This document shows positions 9,362 to 29,425 of a stretch of DNA of 59,909 bases, one piece after another. The translations under genes and the position numbers were made by a program. The notes beneath the pieces are model-generated. The model saw nothing but the letters and a program-made list of their open reading frames with translations, had not been told where the DNA came from and ran no database searches. Numbering within the stretch: position 1 is the first letter of the stretch; each line of letters starts with the position of its first letter. The stretch comes from Acidobacteriota bacterium (GTDB taxonomy: Bacteria > Acidobacteriota > Aminicenantia > UBA2199), in contig JAUPLE010000120.1 in NCBI GenBank assembly GCA_030837085.1, positions 1-59,909 on the forward strand, read 5' to 3'.

Positions 9362-10342
9362 ATGAAAAAACAACTGATAACCAGTTTTATGATAGTAATG
9401 TTGGCCCTGGCTACAGCATGCCCCCTGGCTCTTTTGGCCCAGGAAGGCCGCGGCACCGGACGCTTGACCGGGACGGTAAAAGATGAAACCGGCCAGCCCC
9501 TCAAGGGAGTTGCACTCACCCTCAAAGCGCTTGATTACAACTTTCAATTAAGTGCCGAATCCGAAGCAGATGGAACATGGGGCATTTTTGGTTTTGGCAT
9601 GGGGCGCTTTGAAATAACGGCAATGAAAGAAGGTTATATCCCCTTCCAGGATGGCAAGCAATTATCAGGTATCAACAAGAATCCCCCAATCGATATCGTA
9701 CTGAAAAAAGAAGTCAAAGTCAAAGAGCCGGAAATTGATAAAGTGTCCGGGGAACAAATAAAAAAAGGCAACGAGTTGTATAAAGAAGGGAAATACGCCG
9801 AAGCCTTGCCCTATTTCCAGGAGTTTATGAAAAATAACCCCAAACAGTTTCAAAGCGGGATCAACCTGGGAAATTGTTATATGCAGATCAAACAGTACGA
9901 AGAGGCGATTAATGCCTTTAAAAAAGTGATCGACGGATTTAAAAACGAGAATCCTAACTTAAAGGGCAATGAAAAAGCGGCCACGATTTATGCCAGTATC
10001 GGTGAGGCGTACAGCGGATTGAATAACCTCGATGAAGCGGCTAAGTACTATAAAGAATCCATGGCCCTTTATCCCCCCAAAGATGCGGCAGTGGCTTATA
10101 ACGTCGCCGAGATACTATTTGTTGGCGGGATGACCGACGAAGCCATCGAATACTACACTTTAGCGGTTTCGCTAAAACCCGAAATGGCCATTTACTATTC
10201 GAAACTGGGCTACGCCTACCTGAATAAAGGAGAGTTTAAGCAGGCAGTGGAAAATTTTGAAAAATTCATCAAACTGGCGCCCGATGATCCGCAAACTCCC
10301 ACGCTTAAAGGCCTGATCGATGACTTGAAACAACAGCAGTAG
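9362..10342 (+). CDS. Secreted carboxypeptidase-regulatory-like domain plus TPR repeat protein
   Basis: GRLTGTVKDETGQPLKGVALTL is CarboxypepD_reg-like, followed by several TPR units (YKEGKYAEALPYFQEFMKNNP, etc). AGGAGG at 9348-9353 precedes ATG 9362. The ORF is open from 9341 and ends in TAG. Confidence 0.7.
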   Translation: MKKQLITSFMIVMLALATACPLALLAQEGRGTGRLTGTVKDETGQPLKGVALTLKALDYNFQLSAESEADGTWGIFGFGMGRFEITAMKEGYIPFQDGKQLSGINKNPPIDIVLKKEVKVKEPEIDKVSGEQIKKGNELYKEGKYAEALPYFQEFMKNNPKQFQSGINLGNCYMQIKQYEEAINAFKKVIDGFKNENPNLKGNEKAATIYASIGEAYSGLNNLDEAAKYYKESMALYPPKDAAVAYNVAEILFVGGMTDEAIEYYTLAVSLKPEMAIYYSKLGYAYLNKGEFKQAVENFEKFIKLAPDDPQTPTLKGLIDDLKQQQ

Positions 10343-10348
10343 AGATTT

Positions 10349-12775
10349 TCAATTCCACTGATCCTGTTTTAATAAGGTCTTCTTTATTTCTTCGCCTTTG
10401 GAAAAATAGGCGTCGGACTTAGCCTGGTCGCCTTTAAATGAATAAATATCCGATAGGATATAATAACCGAAAGCTGTGTATTTATTAACGGGTTTTAAGT
10501 CGATGCCTTTTTCACAGAGTTGGATTGCCTCATCGATATTGGTGCGGCGGTCCAGGTAATATTTGGCGATCATGAAGTAAGGAATATTAAAGTGGGGATT
10601 GCCTTCCATAGATTTCCGGTAATATTCTACTGCTTCATCATATCGGCCGGTGTTTCTCAGGTCTTCCGCAACGTTATAAGCGGCCTTGAAAGCATCGGGG
10701 GAATTTTCTACTTCGACCTTGTAGTATTCAATGGCTTTGGCGACATTGCCCCTGGCTTCTTCCACCTGGGCCAGGTTAAAATAAAGTTTCTGGAGGGTGG
10801 GGTTTATCGCCTTTGCCTTGTTTAAAAAAGTTTCAGCAGTTTGATAATCCTCTTTTAAAACATATATCTCCCCTAATCTGTTGTAGGCGCCCGGGTTGAT
10901 TTGTTCGATCTCCAGGGATTTATTTAATGCACTCACGGCTTTGTCATAATCTTTTTTCATAAAATAGATTGTACCCAATTCGTTATAGAGGGAGTGATCG
11001 CGGGGAAAAGTTTTAAAAAACCGCTGGACTTCATCAATGGCTTTATCCAGTTCGCCCAGGCGAATAAGGGAATTAACCACATTGATCATGGCGGCCTGGT
11101 AATCAGGTTTTTGCTCCAGTACCCGGTAAAAACAATCTAAGGCTTTCTTCGGCATTTTATTTTCATTGTAGGCGTTTCCCAGTTGCAGGATGCCGTCCAC
11201 GATTTGCGGGTTTTCCTTGATGATTAGTTCCAGGATTTCGATGGCCCGGTCGTATTTTTTTTCCTGCATCAATCTCCGGGATTCCCCCAGGTCGTTAAAT
11301 ACCTGGACTTTGCCCTTGGGATCGGGCAGGTCGTTTTTTCCCCTGGTATCCACCGTGTTGGTAAAGTATCCCAGGGCGGCCAATTTCTGTAAATCCTCTT
11401 TATCCAATTTAAGGGCTTCACCTACTTTCCTGGCGTTTTGCGATTTTTCAGTTATAAATTCCTGGAGCCTGATCCTGGCCCTTCGAGTCTGTTCAGACTC
11501 TTTCAACGCCAGGTTCTCTTTTTCGTCGGAGTCTTTCTCCAGGTCATACAGTTCCTGTTTGGGCGCCTGGATATATTTCCAGTTTTTGTTGTAATACAGG
11601 GCTTTTAACTCGGACCACCCATAGTGCATCCGGGGGTAATAGGTTTCTGTATAGGCAACATCCTTCCGATTTTCTTTATCGCCAAACATCAGGTTCAACA
11701 AGGATTGTCCCTGGAAGGAACCCGGTTTGGAGATTCCCAGGGCTTCCAGGATGGTGGGGGCGATATCGACGGATTCAACAATGTTATTTATTTTTTGCCG
11801 GGGGAATTTAAAAGGGGCGTGGATGATCAGGGGTATCCAGACCGTGGGCCTGTAAATAAAAAAACCGTGGCTGTCTTCATCGTGCTCTCCCAGGCTTTCG
11901 CCGTGGTCTGACATCATGATAATTAAACTGTTATCATAGATGCCCTCTTTTTTCAACCAATCGAAAAACAGGCCCAATTCATAGTCCAGGTATTCCACTT
12001 CTCCACGGTAGGGCCGGTCGGCGAATTTCTCTTTAAAGGGGGAAGGGGGATCATACGGAGTATGAGGGTCATAGAGGTGAATCCAGGTGAAGAATTTTTT
12101 ATTTTTATTTTCTCCCAGCCATTTTCGTGCATCTCCCAGGACTTCATCGGCGCGTTTCTGGACATTTCCCAGGGAGATTTTTTTATATTTTGTCAGGTCG
12201 AAATCATCGGAATACGTATTGAATCCCTGGTTGAAGCCCCATTTCGAGTGCAGCACATAAGAGGCGATAAAGGCAGCAGTTGTAAAGCCCTGTTTTTGTA
12301 ATACTTCGCTGATAAATTCCAGGCTTTCCGGCACCAGGAACCCGCCGTTGTCCCGGACCTGGTGATACAGCGGGTATGTACCGGAGAGAATGGAAGTATG
12401 GGAAGGAAGAGTAAGCGGGGTTTGGGCAATGCAGTTTTCAAACAACGTCCCTTCGGCAGCGATGCGGTCCATATTGGGGGTTTCCGCTCTTCCTTTGCCG
12501 TAAGCGCCGACAAAATCGGTCCGCAGCGTATCCAGGGTGAACAGGATAACGTTCAGTTCTTTCAATTGTTTCCGATTGTGGGAAGCGATTATTCCTGGGG
12601 CGAACAGGGCATAAAGCAGTATTACTATTCCCAGGCCGGCGCCGATGAAAGGAAGGGATTTTTTTACAGGCGCCGCGGGCCACTGGAACGATTTTTTTAC
12701 CGGTTCCTGGGCATCTTTTTCCTGGTTATTCGGAATGACTGGAGCTTTCTTTTTCTTTTTTTTCTGGTGTGCCAT
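10349..12775 (-). CDS. Membrane-anchored sulfatase-fold (alkaline phosphatase superfamily) protein fused to a C-terminal TPR array
   Basis: NVILFTLDTLRTDFVG (metal-binding DxxR region). TPLTLPSHTSILSG occupies the C/S-x-P-x-R position with Thr122 (codon 12410-12412) and His126. MSDHGESLGEH is present. About 300 aa of TPR repeats at the C-terminus. Only 6 nt separate its stop from the convergent upstream gene. Confidence 0.8.
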   Translation of the reverse strand: MAHQKKKKKKAPVIPNNQEKDAQEPVKKSFQWPAAPVKKSLPFIGAGLGIVILLYALFAPGIIASHNRKQLKELNVILFTLDTLRTDFVGAYGKGRAETPNMDRIAAEGTLFENCIAQTPLTLPSHTSILSGTYPLYHQVRDNGGFLVPESLEFISEVLQKQGFTTAAFIASYVLHSKWGFNQGFNTYSDDFDLTKYKKISLGNVQKRADEVLGDARKWLGENKNKKFFTWIHLYDPHTPYDPPSPFKEKFADRPYRGEVEYLDYELGLFFDWLKKEGIYDNSLIIMMSDHGESLGEHDEDSHGFFIYRPTVWIPLIIHAPFKFPRQKINNIVESVDIAPTILEALGISKPGSFQGQSLLNLMFGDKENRKDVAYTETYYPRMHYGWSELKALYYNKNWKYIQAPKQELYDLEKDSDEKENLALKESEQTRRARIRLQEFITEKSQNARKVGEALKLDKEDLQKLAALGYFTNTVDTRGKNDLPDPKGKVQVFNDLGESRRLMQEKKYDRAIEILELIIKENPQIVDGILQLGNAYNENKMPKKALDCFYRVLEQKPDYQAAMINVVNSLIRLGELDKAIDEVQRFFKTFPRDHSLYNELGTIYFMKKDYDKAVSALNKSLEIEQINPGAYNRLGEIYVLKEDYQTAETFLNKAKAINPTLQKLYFNLAQVEEARGNVAKAIEYYKVEVENSPDAFKAAYNVAEDLRNTGRYDEAVEYYRKSMEGNPHFNIPYFMIAKYYLDRRTNIDEAIQLCEKGIDLKPVNKYTAFGYYILSDIYSFKGDQAKSDAYFSKGEEIKKTLLKQDQWN

Positions 12776-12850
12776 AGACGAATCTTATTATAAATCCCGT
12801 TTCGTGTCAATATTGTTTGCTATCCTTGATCCTTAATCAATATTGCCTTC

Positions 12851-12962
12851 GGAGACCAGAAACCTTTTCGAGAAAAGGTTTCTGGACTTCCTAAAGCTTT
12901 TATTAATAAAAGTTTTACGGGGGTCCGTACCGGCGGGGCGTTTTTTCAAAAGAGCCCCCTGG
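12851..12962. repeat. Composite intergenic palindromic element: perfect 13-bp hairpin, 24-nt near-palindrome, and a PE-1 G-rich hairpin copy
   Basis: ccagaaacctttt (12856-12868) / cgag / aaaaggtttctgg (12873-12885) form a perfect stem. aaagcttttattaataaaagtttt is a near-palindrome. 12908-12962 is the PE-1 copy, 54/55 identical to 15271-15325. The element lies between divergently transcribed genes, so it is not a terminator for either. Confidence 0.8.
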
Positions 12963-13028
12963 TGCAGCACTTGAAAGAAAGTACGTCATATGTCATAATT
13001 GTAGGAAGAAACCCATAGGAAAGCAAAT

Positions 13029-13712
13029 ATGAAAGATGATTACGTGAGATTGATAGAAGAAAAGTTCCAGGCCTCGGCCGACCCGGTCAAAGCGTTACCC
13101 ATGAAAAAGTATATGAAAAACCTATTTGAATTTTTAGGAATTCAGAAACCTCAGCGAATACTTTTAAAAAAAGAGTTTCTAAAAAAAGAGCGGCTGCCAG
13201 GGGTTGAGCGATTGGAGGAGATTATCAAACAACTTTGGAACTTGCCTGAAAGAGAGTACCAATATTTTGGTTTCGAGTTAGTGGAGCATTACCGGAAGCA
13301 GTTAAAGGAGCAGGATATCGATTTACTTGAGTATATGATTACCAATAAGTCCTGGTGGGATACCGTGGATTTCATTGCCTCCTGCCTGGTGGGGCCGCAT
13401 TTTAAGCGGTTTCCTCATCTGGTGGGGCCGTATACCGCGAAATGGCTGGCATCAGGGAATATGTGGCTTCAGCGGACGGCGCTGCTTTTTCAATTAAAAT
13501 ACAAAGCAGGGACCGATGTGGAATTGATGTTTCAAATCATCAGGCAATTGGCTGATTCTAAGGAATTCTTTATTCGCAAAGCCATAGGCTGGGCGCTGCG
13601 GGAATATTCCAAAACGAATCCCGCTGCGGTGATGAAATTCGTAGAAAACCAACCCCTATCTAATTTAAGCAAGAGGGAAGCGTTGAAAGTGATCGTCCGG
13701 AAAAGCAATTGA
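13029..13712 (+). CDS. DNA alkylation repair protein (AlkD/AlkC-like HEAT-repeat family)
   Basis: 227 aa. The segments KYMKNLFEFLGIQKPQR, SWWDTVD, WLQRTALLFQLKYK and FFIRKAIGWALREYSKTNP are characteristic of the DNA_alkylation family. Confidence 0.8.
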   Translation: MKDDYVRLIEEKFQASADPVKALPMKKYMKNLFEFLGIQKPQRILLKKEFLKKERLPGVERLEEIIKQLWNLPEREYQYFGFELVEHYRKQLKEQDIDLLEYMITNKSWWDTVDFIASCLVGPHFKRFPHLVGPYTAKWLASGNMWLQRTALLFQLKYKAGTDVELMFQIIRQLADSKEFFIRKAIGWALREYSKTNPAAVMKFVENQPLSNLSKREALKVIVRKSN

Positions 13713-14235
13713 TTACGGAAGTTTAGCCGCTAAGAACACGAAGATACGCGAATAAAAAATCGCCCATGAATTAATCGAATTAAAAATCAGGGATTAAAAA
13801 AACGGGGGAGCAGAAGAGCGGAAGAGAGGTCTTCTTTGAAATGACTAGACAAATCCTTTCGGAGCTGTGATAAACATAAAGTTACCACTCCGTGAAATCT
13901 GTGGAATCTGTGTACTTGTTTTTTCCCAACTTCCTCTTTTAAGTAAAAAAACCGAACCGCCCCAAGCGCTTTTGAAGTCAAGATAGCAGTTCTGCGTATC
14001 CCGATTTTAGCAACAGGATAACTCTGGAAATGGTTCATGAAATTCGGGATTTACATTTTTATATTATATGATATTTTGTATTCCAAAATGCAATAAGTCA
14101 AAATTTCTTTATTAATTTTTTTCTTTTTATCTATGGGCTTAGAATCTTGTACAAAAGCGGTAGCCTACCCCGGATAAACAATAAAAGATAAGTTTACAAA
14201 ATCAACAGACTATTTAAAGCACCTGGAGAAAAGCG
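13713..14235. repeat. AT-rich, repeat-dense 523-bp spacer upstream of the NRPS operon
   Basis: Contains gagcagaagagcggaagag (13808-13826; 19-mer identical to 31112-31130 inside gene B). Also contains ccgtgaaatctgtggaatctgtg (short tandem motif), aagaacacgaagatacgcgaa, and long A/T runs. The only ORF (13787-14038, minus) is low-complexity. Confidence 0.55.
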
Positions 14236-25845
<11,610 letters not shown>

Positions 25846-25849
25846 GAAA

Positions 25850-28800
25850 ATGCAAACAGGAATGGAAATCGCAATTATCGGGATGGCCGGCAGATTTCCC
25901 GGCGTAAAAAACCTGGATGAATACTGGGAGAAGTTGGCGCAAGGTAAAGAAACAATTTCCTTTTTTACCGATAACGAATTGGCAGAAAGCGGTATTTCCA
26001 GTGAAAAACTTAATAATCCCCATTATGTAAAAGCCGGTGGAATACTGGAGGGAATTGAATATTTTGACGCCTATTTTTTCGGTTATACGCCCAAAGAAGC
26101 CGAAATTATGGATCCCCAAATCCGGATTTTCCATGAGTGCGCATGGCACGCCCTTGAAGACGCAGGGTATGATCCTGGAGAATATGACGGACTAATCGGT
26201 CTCTTTGCCGGCGCATCGCCCAATACCCAGTGGCAAGCCCGTGTATTTATTCCTGGAAAAGAAAACGATATCGGCAGCTTTGCCGCCCACCAGCTAATCC
26301 AAAAAGGCTTTTTAACCCTAAGGATTTCCTATAAACTCAATTTGAAAGGACCCAGTTTCGAATTAAATACAGCATGCTCTACCTCATTGGTGGCAGTTCA
26401 TACCGGGTGTCAGGCCATATTGAACGGTGAATGCGATATGGCAATGGCCGGTGGTATTGGGATTTCCTTCCTGGACAAAAGAGGCTATATGTACCGAGAA
26501 GGAATGATCTCTTCCCCGGACGGGCACTGTAAGGCTTTTGATGCCGACGCTAAAGGAACTGTAGCATCGGACGGCGTCGGTATCGTGGTCCTTAAACGCC
26601 TCGAAGACGCCCTACCGGATCGGGATCACATTTATGCAATTATAAAAGGAACAGCCATCAACAACGACGGCGCAAGAAAAGCAGGTTTCTCTGCCTCCAG
26701 CGTCGAAGGACAGGCCGAAGCCATTCGTACAGCTCTCGATATGGCTGAAGTGGAACCTGAAAGTATCGGCTATATTGAAACGCACGGCACAGGAACAGAA
26801 TTAGGAGACCCTGTTGAAATCGGCGCATTAAAATTGGCCTTTAATACTAAGAAAAAATCATTTTGCGCCATAGGCTCAGTCAAGTCCAATATAGGACATA
26901 CCGATGCGGCAGCCGGGGCCGCAGGGCTTATAAAAACTGTATTGGCGTTAAAACATCAACTCATTCCCCCTACCCTCCACTTCGAAATTCCCAATCCGTT
27001 TATCGATTTCATCGATACTCCTTTCTATATTGCCGCAAAACTCTCTGAATGGGAAAAGAAAAAATATCCACGACGGGCAGGCGTCAGTTCTTTCGGTATC
27101 GGGGGCACAAACGCCCATATTATAGTCGAAGAATGGCTTGAAAAAATTAGGAAAATAACTGAGGTTGGGGAATATAGATTAATTGTATTATCAGCAATTA
27201 ACGAATCTGCCATGGATAAAATGAAAAAAAATTTAGCGGACTATCTCCAGTGCCATCAGGGCATTAACCTCGATGATGTGGTATACACATTACAAGCAGG
27301 CAGGAAGGCCTTCAATCATCGCTGGATAACGGTTTGCACCACCCGGGCAGAACTTATTGAAACGCTAACCTCGGCTGCTGGGGGAGAAACCCATATGTGC
27401 AGCATGGACAAGAATAAACCAGGACTGATAAAACTTGAACCCGGCGCCGGTAAGGATCGGCTGATCGAAGTCGGCAAGTTATGGCTGCATGGACACAAAA
27501 TAGACCGGCAGTCACTGGATCCGGAAGCAAAATCATACCGAATACCGCTTCCCGTGTATCCGTTTGAAAGGCAAAGATATTGGCTCAATTTTGAAAGCGC
27601 TGACCTTAAAGCGCAAATGAAAAAGTTTTCCGAACCAATCCCGGATATAGCCGATTGGTTCTATTTTCCTGCCTGGAAAAATTCAAACCTGGAATTTCGT
27701 GAACAAAACCACCCCACCATTCCCTGCTGCTGGCTGTTGTTTATGACGGATCTAAACCTGACCAATATCCTGTTAAAACACTTGCAAAAAATTTACCGTG
27801 ATGTGGTTATCGTAAAAATAGGAGATTCGTTTAATATCGTGAATGACCACCATTATACTTTAAATCCACAGGAATATCATCATTATGAAAATTTATTTGA
27901 TAACCTGCGTATTCGAGGATTGCTGCCGGATAAAATCATTCATTCGTGGAATATTACGGAGGAAAATGAGAGTATTGAGAATCTTCAGTCCAGGATATTG
28001 TCGATTAAAAAAAGTAAAAATATTGGTTTTTTCAGCCTGCTGCATACAGCCGCGGCACTGGGAAAACAGGATTTTAGCCATGATATCCAAATTCATGTCT
28101 TGTTAAACCACGCCGAAGAAGTCACCGGGAATGAATCGCTGGATCCCGGGAAATCAACTACCCTGGGGTTACTGAAAGTAATCCCGCAAGAATACCCGGG
28201 TATTCGCTGCGGCAGTATCGATATCGAACTTCCCCAACCAGGAACCCTGGAAGAGGAGACCCTGGCCGATTTACTCTGGGAAGAAATTTCAATAGGCTCA
28301 GACGCCATGGAAGTAGAAATTGCCTATCGAAATAACTTGAGATGGGTACAGGTTTTCGATTCGCTGCACCTAGAAGCTCCTTCGCAAGAACAGATAAAAC
28401 TAAAAATACGAGAAAAAGGAGTTTTTTTAATAACCGGGGGATTGGGAAAAATCGGGATTATGTTTGCCGAATTATTCGTGAAATGGGCGAGAGCGCGTTT
28501 GGTTTTGACCGGACGGTCTCCTTTTCCACCCGGGGAAAACTCCTTTGAGATAAAAAAATTAAAAGAACTGGAAGAAATGGGGGGTGAAGTTATCTACATG
28601 CGGGCAGACGCCGCAGATTTAGAACAAATGAGAACGATCATCCGGGAAGCTGAAACAAAGTTCGGGCCGATCAATGGTATTATCCACGCCGCCGGGGTAA
28701 CCGAAGGCCGTTCCATGAAAATAATCCGGGATTTAACTCCCGCTGACTGCATGGTCCAATTCGAGGCCAAAGTATGGGGGGTGTTGGTGCTGGAGGAGTT

Positions 28801-29425
28801 GTTTAAAGATAAAAAACTGGATTTTTGCTGGATGCTTTCTTCCATATCCTGCGTATTGGGTGGATTAGGTTTTGGCGCCTATGCATCGGCTAACCGGTTT
28901 ATGGATGCGTTTGTAAAAAAACATAACCGTTCATATTCCCCTTACTCGCGGTGGTTCAGCTTGAATTGGGACGGTATGGACGCCCACCGGAGCATCGATA
29001 TATTTGAAAGATTGTTTACCCTAAAAAACACGAATCAATTGGTTGTATCCAGGGAAGGGAATCTGCACAACCGGATCTACCGGTGGATCAAACTCAAAAC
29101 CTTGCAAGAAAAAGATGCGATCAAGGAGAAAAATCTTACATCCTCTCATCCCAGGCCCAATTTATCCAGCGATTACACAGCCCCCCGGAATCCTACCGAA
29201 CAAACCCTGGTTAAAATATGGAAAAATTTATTAGGCTTTGACGACATCGGTGTACAGGATGATTTTTTAGAATTGGGAGGCGATTCCTTGAATGCGATTA
29301 CCGTAATCTCGCAGATTCACCGGGAATCAGGAGTGAATATACCGGTGACGGAATTTTTCGTTCATCCCACCATAGAAAGAATCGCCGGGTACATCCTGGG
29401 TAATAAAAATAAAACCACTTTTACC
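25850..29425 (+). other. PKS module P1: KS-(AT-less linker)-KR-ACP; boundaries approximate
   Basis: KS: TACSTS (Cys codon 26375-26377), ETHGTGT, KSNIGH, GGTNAHIIVEE (ends about 27132). Only about 134 aa separate the KS end from the post-AT linker YRIPLPVYPFERQRYW (27536-27583). KR: GVFLITGGLGKIG (about 28435-28455), HAAGV, GAYASAN (about 28879). ACP: FLELGGDS, Ser codon 29285-29287. Confidence 0.85.

Noticed and set aside
10343-10348. A possible bidirectional terminator between the convergent TPR and sulfatase-like genes
   Set aside because: Only 6 nt separate the two stop codons, so there is no room for a hairpin. Any terminator would have to lie inside coding sequence, and none was evident.
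13787-14038. 83-aa minus-strand ORF in the spacer upstream of the NRPS
   Set aside because: Low-complexity translation of repeat DNA (VHRFHRFHGV from ccgtgaaatctgtggaatctgtg). It has no RBS or recognisable motif and is probably not a gene.
14041-14235. Promoter for the NRPS operon (for example TTTACA-16 nt-TATTTT near 14050-14077)
   Set aside because: The region is so AT-rich that many -35/-10-like hexamer pairs occur. None stands out, so no promoter feature is reported.
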